From Anaerolineaceae bacterium (GTDB lineage Bacteria > Chloroflexota > Anaerolineae > Anaerolineales > Anaerolineaceae): 64,000 nt of DNA. Below, in pieces: positions 33,842 to 44,417 of the stretch (the stretch's first letter is position 1; each line of letters opens with the position of its first letter). The stretch lies in NCBI GenBank assembly GCA_038562455.1, contig JBCFBD010000007.1, forward strand, positions 405 through 64,404. The letters run 5' to 3'. The position numbers and the translations under genes were made by a program. The notes beneath the pieces are model-generated. The model was not told where the DNA came from. It made no database searches and saw only the letters and a list, made by a program, of their open reading frames with translations.

Positions 33842-34495
33842 ATGCAAAAACAAAGGATATTGATCGTCGATGACCATGAGGTAGTGCGACTTGGTTTGAA
33901 ATCGTTGCTGGATCAGCATCCTTATTTTGAAGTAGTCGCCGAAGCTGGTAGCGCAAAAGAGGCTATCGAAAATGTAGAAAAATTTTCACCTGATGTGGTG
34001 TTAATGGATATCCGACTTCCAGGCGTATCCGGCATTGAAGCTTGTGAAGAAATCACCAGAAATTTCCCGGATACAAGGGTGATCATGCTGACCTCCTATG
34101 CTGAAGATGAAATGCTCTTTTCTGCAATCCGGGCAGGTGCTTCAGGATATGTGTTGAAGCAGATCGGTGCAGAAGATTTGATGAAGGCAATTGAAGCGGT
34201 TGGCAGAGGTGAAGGTTTGCTCGATCCTGCGGTGACGCAAAGGGTATTTCAGGAAGTACGGCGTGCAGTCAGGGAAGAGGAAGCTTCTGCATTCGCCAAC
34301 CTTTCACAACAGGAAAAACACGTATTAATGCTCGTATCTGAGGGACGCACAAATCGGGAGATCGCCAAGAGTTTATACCTCGGAGAAGGCACTGTGCGCA
34401 ATTACGTGAGCAGCATTTTAAGCAAGCTGGGCGTAAGTAATCGAGCAGAAGCAGCTGCTTATGCCGTGGAACACAGTCTGAAAGATTATTTGTAA
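33842..34495 (+). CDS. NarL/LuxR-family response regulator
   Basis: REC domain (ILIVDDH...[10 protein letters not shown]) plus a LuxR HTH ([27 protein letters not shown]). Confidence 0.9.
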   Translation: MQKQRILIVDDHEVVRLGLKSLLDQHPYFEVVAEAGSAKEAIENVEKFSPDVVLMDIRLPGVSGIEACEEITRNFPDTRVIMLTSYAEDEMLFSAIRAGASGYVLKQIGAEDLMKAIEAVGRGEGLLDPAVTQRVFQEVRRAVREEEASAFANLSQQEKHVLMLVSEGRTNREIAKSLYLGEGTVRNYVSSILSKLGVSNRAEAAAYAVEHSLKDYL

Positions 34496-34503
34496 AACTG
34501 CAG

Positions 34504-34884
34504 TTAAGAGAAAAGATTGGCGATTGTCTCGAATAATGGTGGGCCGAAAATTAAGACACCAACCATCACGCTGAAAATCGCTGCAACCAATACTGCACCG
34601 GCAGATATATCTTTCGCGTATTTGACCCTGGGATCGATTTCTGGATGAGAAACATCAAACAGGTATTCAATTGCAGTATTGAACAATTCAGTGATCCAAA
34701 CCAGGCTAACCGCTAACATTATGAAAAGCCACTCTGTCGTTGAAAGACGAAAAAGCAAGGCGAAAGCGATCACCAGGAGCGTCGCTACAAGGTGAAATTT
34801 TGCATTGTCTTCAGAAGTGATGCATTTCTTTAAACCCGAAAAAGCATTGCGCAGCGAAGAAAAAAATCCCCCGTTCTTATGCAT
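34504..34884 (-). CDS. dgkA: Diacylglycerol/undecaprenol kinase (DgkA family)
   Basis: 126 aa with three TMs and the ELFNTAIE motif. Confidence 0.8.
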   Translation of the reverse strand: MHKNGGFFSSLRNAFSGLKKCITSEDNAKFHLVATLLVIAFALLFRLSTTEWLFIMLAVSLVWITELFNTAIEYLFDVSHPEIDPRVKYAKDISAGAVLVAAIFSVMVGVLIFGPPLFETIANLFS

Positions 34885-35365
34885 CGAAATCGTCCGTAAG
34901 ATTGGCAGTATTCATATATCCCATTGATGCCATAATCTTTGTTTGGATGGACCACATTTCTTTCTTCTCGACCTCATCGTGATGGTCATACCCGAAGAGA
35001 TGGAGGATGCCATGCACGGTCAACAAAGAGACCTCTTCTTCGAGATTGTGTCCCAAGCGTAAGGATTGGTTCAGAGCAGTGGGGTATGAAATCGCAATGT
35101 CGCCCATATAGGTCATGTCGCCGCCTGGAACTTCAAAACGGTTATCAAACGCAAGCACGTCGGTGGTTTTTTCCTCTCCCCGGTAGGTCAGATTCAAATC
35201 CTGCATGTAATCATCGTCGCATATCAGAATGGACAGCTCGATGTGCTGCTCTGTTGCGAGGAAAATCAAAGCTTCATACGCCGCCTTTTGAATGGCCGGC
35301 TCAATGGAAACCTGTAAATCTTCAAGATTGACCTCAATGTTGATGGTGTGAGCAGGAGTTCTCAT
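34877..35365 (-). CDS. ybeY: rRNA maturation endoribonuclease YbeY
   Basis: HGILHLFGYDH zinc motif. Confidence 0.9.
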   Translation of the reverse strand: MRTPAHTINIEVNLEDLQVSIEPAIQKAAYEALIFLATEQHIELSILICDDDYMQDLNLTYRGEEKTTDVLAFDNRFEVPGGDMTYMGDIAISYPTALNQSLRLGHNLEEEVSLLTVHGILHLFGYDHHDEVEKKEMWSIQTKIMASMGYMNTANLTDDFDA

Positions 35366-37473
35366 TTCGCGGTTGCTCTAGTTTGTTCCTGCCGATCTTC
35401 AGGATAAGCGATACGGGGATGATAAGTATTCATCAATGTCTTGTGAAATGATGCCTGAATTAAAGTCAGATCTTTCAAAGTGAGGTTCGTGTTCTTTAGC
35501 AAGCCTTCCTTATATATATTGTCGAAGACGCTATTAAGAAGCTTGACCAGTTCTTCCTCATTTTTTGGCGTAGTTGATCTGGCACGTGCTTCAGTGATGT
35601 CGGCAAGCATGGATATGCCAGTTTCTTTTGACCGGGGTTGTGGACCAGGATAACGAAACAGTTCAATATCTACCAGGCTGGGGTTGTCAGCCTGTTGCTC
35701 AAGCGCGCGATTATACTGATACTTGGTCACCTGGGTGCCGTGATGCTCTCGAATAAAGTCCTGGATGCGAGGTGGAAGATTATATTTTTCCGCCAACTTG
35801 ACACCGTCATGAATATGAGCAATTATCGTTTGGGCTGCAATGACCGGGTCCATGTCATCATGCGAGTCAATGCTGCCCTGGGGTTGGTTTTCGATGAAGA
35901 AGGAAGGGTTTTGGGCTTTTCCTGCATCGTGATAGTACACACCCACACGGGTTAAAAGCGCATCAGCTCCGATCGCGTTCGCGGCTTGTTCTGCCAAGTT
36001 TGCTACTTGGAGCGTGTGTTGGTAGGTTCCCGGAGCATTTTGGAGAATAAAGCGCAGCAATGGATGATCGGAACGCGATAACTCGGTCAGGTAGAGAGGT
36101 GTCGGTAAGCCTAGTAATTGTGACAAAAGGAATTGGAGCAACAATGCAATACTGGCAGACGCGAACCCATTTAAAACGATCGTGCCGAATAAGGTTACCA
36201 GACCGACCATATCTGTGGTCGGGTTGGGCAATCGATAGGCTAACACGACAAGGAAACCTGCAAAAGCTATGGAAAGCGCTGACCAAACGAAGGTGACAAA
36301 ATTCTTACCTTTTCCCAGTACGCTGGCTCCGACCAGGCTGGTAATGATGTAAAAGACAAGCAGATCAGGCGTGGTTGTGACACCATAAGTCACCAGGATG
36401 CTGAGAATGATCGGCAAGATGAAACTGATTTCAAAATTGAATAACGAGACCAACAGGAGAGCAAATGCCGGCAAGGGAAAGAAAAAAGGAATGATCGTAC
36501 GGTTGGGGATGATGATCTTTGCGGCAACGAGAAACAGTAGGAACGAAACGGCAATCACTAATAATGAGCGAATATCGGAGAGCGGGGTGTTTTTTCGCTT
36601 GGAAAAATACAAGATTATAAAAATGACAAACACTACTACCAACGCAACGGAAGCGATGTAGTCTTTGGTCAATTTCTCAGGACGGATCAAATTAAGTTGT
36701 ACAAGCGCTTCATATTGTTCTGCCGTGATCACCTGTCCGCGCAACACGATCGCCTGGCCTTCAGCATAAGTCTTGATCACCGGTGCAACCAAGTTTTCCG
36801 CATCCTGGCGAGATCTTTCGGTCTCGACTTGAGAATACAACGAATTTGGAACAATGTACGGTTGTACGAGGTACTGGATGATCCCAATTTCTTCGGCCGA
36901 AAAAGAATAGCTGATCAAACCGGGAATGCGGTTAACCACCTCTGGGAGTTGGTAATCACGAATGTTTTCTCTCATGATCAACTCCAGGATGCGCCTGGAT
37001 TCATCCTGCACGGTGATCCAATGCTCTTCGGATAAGTCAATGATTACCCCGGCTATTTCCGGATCAAAAACCAGGGATTGCACCAACTTAAGGTCATCTA
37101 TTTTTTGATATTCATCGGCGTATGGATCTGAGCGAACAGAGGAAATGAAATCTAGCGTGCGATTCAATTTTTCTAGCTGCCCCCGGTTGATGCTTGGATC
37201 AGCTGGCAGATAGATTGGGCTGATGGCATTGGCTGCCTCGTTCTTGGCCCTGGTGGTCAGTATTTCACTTTCGTATGAAACAGTGCGCGGCGAAGTGAGA
37301 TCGCTGCTGGCGACATCACCAGCCTGAAGTGGCAGGGAATCCTGCCGAAGCGCGATCGGGAACACGAGCGCGAGATAAGACATTAACGCGGTTACGATTA
37401 ATAGAAGACCGCGGATTGTACGGCGGAATTTTTCTTTCCTGGATTGCGCCTGACTGTTCGCTAGGTTAACCAT
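35362..37473 (-). CDS. 7TM-HD membrane phosphohydrolase (PgpH/YqfF-like)
   Basis: 703 aa with an extracellular domain, 7 TM helices and an HD domain (HTLQVANLAE...YYHDAGK). Confidence 0.8.
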   Translation of the reverse strand: MVNLANSQAQSRKEKFRRTIRGLLLIVTALMSYLALVFPIALRQDSLPLQAGDVASSDLTSPRTVSYESEILTTRAKNEAANAISPIYLPADPSINRGQLEKLNRTLDFISSVRSDPYADEYQKIDDLKLVQSLVFDPEIAGVIIDLSEEHWITVQDESRRILELIMRENIRDYQLPEVVNRIPGLISYSFSAEEIGIIQYLVQPYIVPNSLYSQVETERSRQDAENLVAPVIKTYAEGQAIVLRGQVITAEQYEALVQLNLIRPEKLTKDYIASVALVVVFVIFIILYFSKRKNTPLSDIRSLLVIAVSFLLFLVAAKIIIPNRTIIPFFFPLPAFALLLVSLFNFEISFILPIILSILVTYGVTTTPDLLVFYIITSLVGASVLGKGKNFVTFVWSALSIAFAGFLVVLAYRLPNPTTDMVGLVTLFGTIVLNGFASASIALLLQFLLSQLLGLPTPLYLTELSRSDHPLLRFILQNAPGTYQHTLQVANLAEQAANAIGADALLTRVGVYYHDAGKAQNPSFFIENQPQGSIDSHDDMDPVIAAQTIIAHIHDGVKLAEKYNLPPRIQDFIREHHGTQVTKYQYNRALEQQADNPSLVDIELFRYPGPQPRSKETGISMLADITEARARSTTPKNEEELVKLLNSVFDNIYKEGLLKNTNLTLKDLTLIQASFHKTLMNTYHPRIAYPEDRQEQTRATAK

Positions 37474-37912
37474 TTAATAAATCTTTGACTACCCTGCTTA
37501 TCCGATCAGGTTGCGCCTGGCCTTTGACCGAAGACAGAAGCTCCTTCATTACTTTTCCCATATCTGCCGGGCTTGAAGCACCAACCTCGGCAATGGCTTT
37601 ACTGGCGAGTGCTGAAAGCTCTTCGTCAGAAAGTTGTTGAGGTAGAAAACCGTTCAAAACATCGATTTCTTTGAGAGCCTGATCTACCAGGTCAGCCCGG
37701 TTCGCATTTGCCAATTCCTTGATCGTTTCGGTGCGGATCTTGACCTCTTTTTGCAGAATGGAGAGAATTCCCTGGTCGTCGAGACTGGTGCGGGATTCGA
37801 TTTCCGCAGTTTTTATCGCGGCGAGCACCAGTCGCATGGTGTTACGGGTGAGTTCATCGCGATTGCGCATCGCTTCATGCATCGTGTGTTCCAATTTTTC
37901 CTTCAACGCCAT
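37466..37912 (-). CDS. GatB/YqeY domain protein
   Basis: 148 aa with the typical LK..M..AMR..D and GKVMK pattern. Confidence 0.85.
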   Translation of the reverse strand: MALKEKLEHTMHEAMRNRDELTRNTMRLVLAAIKTAEIESRTSLDDQGILSILQKEVKIRTETIKELANANRADLVDQALKEIDVLNGFLPQQLSDEELSALASKAIAEVGASSPADMGKVMKELLSSVKGQAQPDRISRVVKDLLNG

Positions 37913-37916
37913 GGTT

Positions 37917-38285
37917 TTACTCCACTGTGATCAAGTCTTTGATGGACGAAAATAAAAACTCTCCAAAACCTGGAACATACAACAACTCATCAACGCTTTC
38001 AAACTTACCATATTTTGTTCGAAAATCTATTATCGCAGCAGCTTTTGAGGGTCCGATACCAGAAAGATTGGTCAATTCTTCAAGGCTTGCGTTATTGATA
38101 TTAATTTTACCTTGATTTGAGGATGGGATAGGTGGATCGGATTCCTGTTCCTCCACTGAGTACTGGTTAGCGACTATGGAACTACTTACTGGTGAATTAG
38201 CTCGATTGATGAATAAGAACACAATTCCAGAAAGAATGAATCCTGCTAACACGCCAGCTAAAAAGCATTGTCTTTTAGAAGACAT
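37917..38285 (-). CDS. comEA: ComEA-family helix-hairpin-helix DNA-binding protein
   Basis: N-terminal TM, then ININNASLEELTNLSGIGPSKAAAII. Confidence 0.75.
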   Translation of the reverse strand: MSSKRQCFLAGVLAGFILSGIVFLFINRANSPVSSSIVANQYSVEEQESDPPIPSSNQGKININNASLEELTNLSGIGPSKAAAIIDFRTKYGKFESVDELLYVPGFGEFLFSSIKDLITVE

Positions 38286-39184
38286 TATGTGGGTTGATTT
38301 TCAAGTATATACATGGTCTCGAAAGCGGTTCTAGCGACCTCGATCATTTCATCCGTGGGTTCGACCGTTGTTAATTTCTGCATTGCCATGTTCAGCGAGG
38401 AAAGGTATTTAAAGACCGGATGGGAAACGTGATTGGATGAAAACCGCATGTATTCGTAAGCAACCATGACGAGCACCGGAATCAGAACAATTCGCGTTGC
38501 AAGTTTTACCAGGATATTCGGGATTGGACCGAGCAACGTAAAAAGGATGATTGAAAAGAACACCAGGATCACGATGAAACCAGTACCGCAGCGTGGGTGG
38601 TAAAGCGAAAACGCCTTGATGTTTTCGACCCTCATCGGTGCGGATGACTCAAAAGCGTTGATTGTTTTGTGCTCTGCGCCATGGTAAGAAAATACACGCT
38701 TGATATCCGGCATCTTGCCGACGCCCCAAATATAACCGATAATCAAAATTAAACGGATCAATCCTTCGATCATATTCGCTGTGAAAGCAGAAAGTGCAAG
38801 CCATTTTTCAAACAGAGACGCAATTCCAGCAGGTGCCAGGAAAAATAGGCCAATGGCAATGGCAAAGGAAACAATGAATGTGAGGGTCAATGCGGAACCC
38901 TCGATCTTCTCATCCTCGCCAGCCTGAATGTTCGCAGAAATGGTGAGGTATTTGCTGCCCAATCCGAGCGCGTCCCATAGGATGATCAACCCTCGTAGAA
39001 ATGGAATTTTCACTAGCTTGGAGGTGTATAGTCCGCCGAGTTTCTCAGTTTGGGTGATGATCTCGCCATTGGGGGCACGGAATGCGGCAGCCAGATAAGT
39101 AGAACCACGCATTAATACCCCTTCAATTAACGCTTGACCACCATAAGATGGGAGTTTGAGCGTGCTGTCTTTTTGGTCTGACAT
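38285..39184 (-). CDS. DUF1385 family membrane protein
   Basis: 299 aa. GGQALIEGVMMRG-like start and YHGAEHK are present. Confidence 0.8.
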   Translation of the reverse strand: MSDQKDSTLKLPSYGGQALIEGVLMRGSTYLAAAFRAPNGEIITQTEKLGGLYTSKLVKIPFLRGLIILWDALGLGSKYLTISANIQAGEDEKIEGSALTLTFIVSFAIAIGLFFLAPAGIASLFEKWLALSAFTANMIEGLIRLILIIGYIWGVGKMPDIKRVFSYHGAEHKTINAFESSAPMRVENIKAFSLYHPRCGTGFIVILVFFSIILFTLLGPIPNILVKLATRIVLIPVLVMVAYEYMRFSSNHVSHPVFKYLSSLNMAMQKLTTVEPTDEMIEVARTAFETMYILENQPT

Positions 39185-40557
39185 TATTGCTGCTCCTGGA
39201 CGTTGAGGAAGAAATGGATTAGAGCATGCACGCCTTTACGCCAGGTAGGCAGATCAAGCTTTTCGTTTGGTGAGTGGATGCGGTCATCGGGCAATCCAAA
39301 GCCGGTAAGCACTGAATCGATCCCGAGCACTTCCTGCATGTCGGCAACCACTGGAACGCTGCCGCCTTCACGCTTGTACGAAGGGGAGGTGCCCCATACT
39401 TCTATGAATGCTTTGGAAAGCGCTTTTGTTGCTGGCATGTTCATGTCTGAAAGGCTGGGCGAACCAATACTCAACAAACGCAATTCCCATCTCACAGTAT
39501 CGGGGACATTCTCCTCCAAAAATGCAGAAAGTTGTTCGTAAACCAGCTCAGGCTTTTGATTTGGCACAAGACGAGTGGAGATCTTAGCCATTGCCCTGGA
39601 GGGGATGATCGTTTTTGAACCTTCACCAGTGAACCCGGAAAGTATTCCATTCACTTCAAGCGTAGGGCGGGCGCCGATACGTTCATTGGGAGTAAACTCT
39701 TTTTCGCCCCACAGCGCAGGAACACCGGTTTGAGCTAAATATTCATCTGTACTGGTGCTGAATTTCGATAATTCAGCACGTTCACTTTCTGAAAGGGGTT
39801 CAACCAGGTCGTAAAAGCCGGGCAAAGCAACTGCGCCGTTCTCATCGTGCATCTTGCTGATCAGGTCGGCTAAAACCTGGGCTGGATTATGAACAACACC
39901 ACCATAACTACCAGAATGCAGGTCGTGGTCAGGTCCAAATAGGTTCAATTCGAAATAGGATAGCCCTCGCAATCCGTATGTGATGCCAGGCAAATCCTTG
40001 CGGCTCATCCCCGCATCAGTGTTGAGCGCAACATCCGATTTAAGCAGATCCTTGTGTTCCGTGAGGAATTGCTTGAAGTTCGGTGAACCAATCTCCTCTT
40101 CTCCCTCCAGGATGAATTTAATGTTGACAGGTAAGCCTGTCGTTGATTTGAGAGCCTGAACAGCTGACACACAGGCGAATATTTGGCCCTTCATGTCAGA
40201 CGCACCACGGGCGACCAGATTATCCCCGATGCTCTGCGCTGTAAAAGGCGGTGTTTTCCAAAGATCAGTTGGATCCTCAGGCTGAACATCGTAATGCCCA
40301 TAGATGAGGATCGTTGGCTGCGTAGGACCTGCCTGCAGGTAATCGGCATAGACAATTGGATGGCGGGCAGTGGGGAAAATCTGAACATGCTGCAAACCAA
40401 TCGTTTCAAGCTTGGCTGCAATAAATTCGGCAGCTTTTTGAACATTCTCCTTATGTTCCGGGTCGGTGGAAACGCTAGGTATGGCAATGAAATCTGTCAA
40501 TTCTGAAATCATCTGTTCGTAATGGGTTTCAAAGTAATTGATCGCCTCGATTGTCAT
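39184..40557 (-). CDS. M20-family dipeptidase
   Basis: 457 aa. YGHYDVQP, ARGASDMKG and LEGEEEIGS are present. Confidence 0.85.
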   Translation of the reverse strand: MTIEAINYFETHYEQMISELTDFIAIPSVSTDPEHKENVQKAAEFIAAKLETIGLQHVQIFPTARHPIVYADYLQAGPTQPTILIYGHYDVQPEDPTDLWKTPPFTAQSIGDNLVARGASDMKGQIFACVSAVQALKSTTGLPVNIKFILEGEEEIGSPNFKQFLTEHKDLLKSDVALNTDAGMSRKDLPGITYGLRGLSYFELNLFGPDHDLHSGSYGGVVHNPAQVLADLISKMHDENGAVALPGFYDLVEPLSESERAELSKFSTSTDEYLAQTGVPALWGEKEFTPNERIGARPTLEVNGILSGFTGEGSKTIIPSRAMAKISTRLVPNQKPELVYEQLSAFLEENVPDTVRWELRLLSIGSPSLSDMNMPATKALSKAFIEVWGTSPSYKREGGSVPVVADMQEVLGIDSVLTGFGLPDDRIHSPNEKLDLPTWRKGVHALIHFFLNVQEQQ

Positions 40558-40665
40558 GGGTGCAAAAACTCCCTCTTTAAAATTTTGTCAATTGTATCAC
40601 TTTACCCTTGCAGCAGAGCTGCCACGTGGCTTTATGCTAAAATATTTTATATAAGAGAGGTCACT

Positions 40666-42006
40666 ATGATTATCCATAATACGACCATCATTACTTGGGA
40701 AGCACCAAATAGAATTTTACGCGGCTTCGCGCTGCGGGTAGTGGAAGACCGCATCACCGAGATCGATGAGGCGCCAAAACTTCTTGAAATGTACCCGCAA
40801 GATGAAAGGATCGACGCTGGCGGGCAATTATTAATGCCTGGCTTGATCTGCGCCCACACTCATTTTTACGGGCTGTTTTCCAGGGGGATGGCGATTCACG
40901 GCGATGCACCAGCTGATTTTGTGGAGATTCTGCAGAAATTATGGTGGCCGCTTGATCAATCCCTACGGGAAGAAGATATCTACTATTCAACCTTACTTTC
41001 GGCTACTGACGCAATTAAGCACGGCACGACCACTGTTTTTGATCACCATGCTTCACCAAGTGCTATTTTAGGATCGCTCGACGTAATTGAGAAAGCAGTG
41101 TCAGAAGTAGGACTAAGGACGAGCCTGTGTTATGAAGTAACAGACCGCGGCGGGGCAATTAAAACGGAAGAAGGCATTCAAGAAAACCTGCGGATGATCG
41201 AGAAGACTCGTTCATACCCAGCGGGCTCGCTTGTTACCGCAATGTTCGGTTTGCACGCGGGGTTAACTTTATCAGACGAAACGCTGAAAAGGTCAGCGGA
41301 ATCCATCCAGGAAGGGTACGGTTTCCATATTCATGTGGCAGAACACCAATCCGATGAATTTAACAGCCTCAACCGTCATGGTAAAAAGGTGATTGATAGG
41401 CTCGATGAATTTGGTATTACTGGCAAAGATTCGATCTTCGTACATGGGGTTCACCTTGATTTGAAGGAATTGGAAATCATTCGTGATACTGGTACATGGT
41501 TGACCCACCAGCCTCGTTCCAATATGAACAACGCAGTGGGAATGGCAAGTATTGAGGGAGCGATCAGGTATGGCATCCCAGTGTGCATGGGAAATGACGG
41601 CTTTTCCTTTGCCATGTGGGACGAATGGCGCGCATGCTATTTGGCACATAAACTCTGGAATAGGGATCCACGGAGCATGCCGGGCGACCTCGTGAGCGAG
41701 ATGGGGGCGGTCAATAACGCAAAGCTCGCCTCGCAATTCTTTAAAGACAGGATCGGTACAATTGAGGTCGGTGCTAAAGCTGACCTGATTTTGGTAGACT
41801 ATAAACCGATCACTGATATGACTGAAGGAAATTTGCCCTGGCACATATTATTTGGTTTCAGAGACTCTCAGGTAACCACAACGATCATCAACGGAAAAAC
41901 TGTCATGAAAGATCGGGTGATTAGTGGGATTGATGAAGCTGAAATTGCACAGCGAGCGGTCGGGCTTTCACAGGAAGTTTGGAAAAGATATCAAAAACAG
42001 TTCTAG
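40666..42006 (+). CDS. ssnA: Amidohydrolase-superfamily aminohydrolase, SsnA-like
   Basis: Start at MIIHNTTII (AGAGAGG RBS). The metal motif is CAHTHFY, with HVAEH and GNDG also present. The SsnA assignment is tentative. Confidence 0.6.
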   Translation: MIIHNTTIITWEAPNRILRGFALRVVEDRITEIDEAPKLLEMYPQDERIDAGGQLLMPGLICAHTHFYGLFSRGMAIHGDAPADFVEILQKLWWPLDQSLREEDIYYSTLLSATDAIKHGTTTVFDHHASPSAILGSLDVIEKAVSEVGLRTSLCYEVTDRGGAIKTEEGIQENLRMIEKTRSYPAGSLVTAMFGLHAGLTLSDETLKRSAESIQEGYGFHIHVAEHQSDEFNSLNRHGKKVIDRLDEFGITGKDSIFVHGVHLDLKELEIIRDTGTWLTHQPRSNMNNAVGMASIEGAIRYGIPVCMGNDGFSFAMWDEWRACYLAHKLWNRDPRSMPGDLVSEMGAVNNAKLASQFFKDRIGTIEVGAKADLILVDYKPITDMTEGNLPWHILFGFRDSQVTTTIINGKTVMKDRVISGIDEAEIAQRAVGLSQEVWKRYQKQF

Positions 42007-42018
42007 GAGAGGAGCAAG

Positions 42019-42684
42019 GTGACAAGGATAGCGATCATCGGAGGTACGGGCAAAGAAGGGAAGGGGTTGGCGTATCGATGGGCATTAGCTGGGCATGATG
42101 TGATCATCGGTTCGCGCAATATTGAAAAAGCGCAACTGGCTGCTGACGAAGTAAACTCGGCACTACCGGAGAACGCCATCAAGGTAGGGGGCTTGGGGAA
42201 TATCCAGGCGGCAGATTGGTGTGAAATCGTAACCTTAACCGTGCCATTTTCTGCTCATATTTCCATGCTCGAGTATCTAAAAGAGGTGGTCAGAGGGAAG
42301 ATCTTGATCGATGTGACCGTGCCGATCGTGCCACCAAAAGTGACGATCGCTCAAATGCCCGAGGCTGGCAGCGCTGGCAAGGAAGCACAAAAAGTGCTGG
42401 GTGAAGATACCCCGGTGGTAATCGCTTTCCAGAATATTTCTTACGAAAGATTGATGAAAGACGAAGATATTGATTGCGATGTGTTCGTATGTGGCACGTC
42501 AAAAGAAGCACGCGATGTTGTGATAGGCCTAGTGGAAGATGCTGGGATGGTCGGCTGGGATGCAGGCCCCATGGGTAACGCCATGGTGATCGAAGGATTG
42601 ACCTCTGTACTCTTATATATCAATAAAAGATATGGTAGTTCAGAATCAGGGGTAAAGGTAACTGGTGTGAGTAAAAGGATGTAA
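42019..42684 (+). CDS. npdG: NADPH-dependent F420 reductase
   Basis: 221 aa. IAIIGGTGKEGKGLAYRWALAGHDVIIGSR is present. Confidence 0.8.
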   Translation: MTRIAIIGGTGKEGKGLAYRWALAGHDVIIGSRNIEKAQLAADEVNSALPENAIKVGGLGNIQAADWCEIVTLTVPFSAHISMLEYLKEVVRGKILIDVTVPIVPPKVTIAQMPEAGSAGKEAQKVLGEDTPVVIAFQNISYERLMKDEDIDCDVFVCGTSKEARDVVIGLVEDAGMVGWDAGPMGNAMVIEGLTSVLLYINKRYGSSESGVKVTGVSKRM

Positions 42685-43455
42685 GTGAAAAGACAGCTCA
42701 CTCTCATTCCTTTAATTGGTATGCCCGATTTCAAAGCCGGTGACAAGGTCATTGAAATAATTATTAATCATGCGCGTAGAGAAAAAATACCAATTAAGCA
42801 TGACGATATTATTGTTATCACCCAAAAAATAATATCCAAATCGGAATCTCGATTGTTTGATTTACGCTCTGTTACGGCTTCGTCCCGTGCAGAGGAATTG
42901 GGAACCATAACAGGTAAGGATGCGCGTTTAATTCAACTTATCCTGAATGAAAGCCAGGAGGTATTGAGAGCACATCAGGGGCTGATCATCGTCAGACATA
43001 GATTGGGCTTCGTGTGCGCCAACGCCGGGATTGATCACTCGAACACCATTCCAGGGGAAGAGTCTGACAATTTTGTCCTGCTCTTGCCTCTGGATCCTGA
43101 CAAGTCCGCACAGAAAATTCAGAGGGAATTTTTCGAGCTTACCGGCTTGCAGGTGGGCGTACTGATCATCGATTCACACGGTAGGGCATGGCGCAACGGC
43201 ACTATCGGTACGACAATCGGAATGGCGGGTGTGCCAGGAGTGGTGGATCTGCGAGGTAAAAAGGACTTATATGGCTATACATTAAAAGCCACTCAGGTTG
43301 CAGCGGCTGACGAACTTGCAGCAGCTGCGTCGCTTGTAATGGGCCAGGCAGATGAATCCATCCCTTGCGTAATAGCGAGGGGATTTCCTTATGCCTTGCG
43401 AGAATCAAATCTGAAAGAACTAATTCGGTCTGAAGACCACGATTTGTTCAGATAA
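42685..43455 (+). CDS. cofE: Coenzyme F420-0:L-glutamate ligase (single-domain CofE)
   Basis: 256 aa. ITQKIISKSE, CANAGID and IDSHGRAWRNG are present. There is no C-terminal nitroreductase-like domain. Confidence 0.85.
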   Translation: MKRQLTLIPLIGMPDFKAGDKVIEIIINHARREKIPIKHDDIIVITQKIISKSESRLFDLRSVTASSRAEELGTITGKDARLIQLILNESQEVLRAHQGLIIVRHRLGFVCANAGIDHSNTIPGEESDNFVLLLPLDPDKSAQKIQREFFELTGLQVGVLIIDSHGRAWRNGTIGTTIGMAGVPGVVDLRGKKDLYGYTLKATQVAAADELAAAASLVMGQADESIPCVIARGFPYALRESNLKELIRSEDHDLFR

Positions 43456-43472
43456 TTGAAAACCCCAAACGC

Positions 43473-44414
43473 ATGAAATCGATGAAGATCACAGCATTAG
43501 CCGGAGGTGTGGGAGGCGCAAGACTCGCTAACGGCCTGTCGAAATTACTCGAGCCTGGTAATTTCAGTGTTATCGTCAATACAGGTGACGATTTTTTCTA
43601 TTCGGGCTTGTATATTTGCCCGGACCTGGATACCGTCACATACACGCTGGCCGGGATCAGCGACCCGGTAAATGGTTGGGGTATAGCTGACGATAGCTGG
43701 CATGTCTTGACCGCATTGGAACAGATCGGTCATCCGGTCTGGTTTCGCCTGGGCGATCGCGATCTCGCTACACATATCGAAAGAACGAGACTCCTGCAAT
43801 CAGGCGTGTTATTGTCAGAGGTCACAGCAGCGATATCCCAACGATTGGGTGTCCAGCATACCATCCTGCCCATGACCAATACTTCTGTGCGAACGCTGGT
43901 TGAAACAGATGAGTTAGGCATCCTGTCATTTCAGGAGTATTTCGTAAAGCACAAATTCCAACCTACAGTGCGGTCAATCCAATTTGCAGGTATTCGGGAA
44001 GCTGCTATTCCACCTTCCGTTACAAATGCGCTTGAGTCTGCAGATCTTATTGTGATCTGCCCTTCCAATCCATTCGTGAGCATCGACCCGATTCTTTCCA
44101 TACCCGGTATGCGTAACTTGGTCAGGCAAAAAAATGTGATCGCTGTGAGCCCTTTAATCGGTGGAAAGGCCCTCAAAGGTCCAGCAGCTAAATTGATGCA
44201 GGAAATGAACCTCGAACCCAGCGCGTGCAACATTGCAAAACACTATGGAGACCTATTGAACGGCTTTGTGCTTGACCAGATGGATATGGAAGATGCCGAG
44301 CCCATCAGGCAATGCGGTATAATTCCATTGGAAACCGATATACTGATGACCGGTATGGAAGGGCAAGCCCGATTGGCTCGGGAAGTCATCGAGTTTGGTG
44401 AAACTTTGCTCTAA
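43473..44414 (+). CDS. cofD: 2-phospho-L-lactate transferase
   Basis: 313 aa. LAGGVGGARL, NTGDDF and ICPSNPFVSI are present. Confidence 0.9.
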   Translation: MKSMKITALAGGVGGARLANGLSKLLEPGNFSVIVNTGDDFFYSGLYICPDLDTVTYTLAGISDPVNGWGIADDSWHVLTALEQIGHPVWFRLGDRDLATHIERTRLLQSGVLLSEVTAAISQRLGVQHTILPMTNTSVRTLVETDELGILSFQEYFVKHKFQPTVRSIQFAGIREAAIPPSVTNALESADLIVICPSNPFVSIDPILSIPGMRNLVRQKNVIAVSPLIGGKALKGPAAKLMQEMNLEPSACNIAKHYGDLLNGFVLDQMDMEDAEPIRQCGIIPLETDILMTGMEGQARLAREVIEFGETLL

Positions 44415-44417
44415 AGG

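Noticed and set aside
40522-40665. 48-codon upstream extension of the SsnA-like amidohydrolase
   Set aside because: It overlaps the divergent M20 gene start and is Cys- and hydrophobic-rich junk. ATG 40666 has an AGAGAGG RBS and matches typical family N-termini (MIIHN...).
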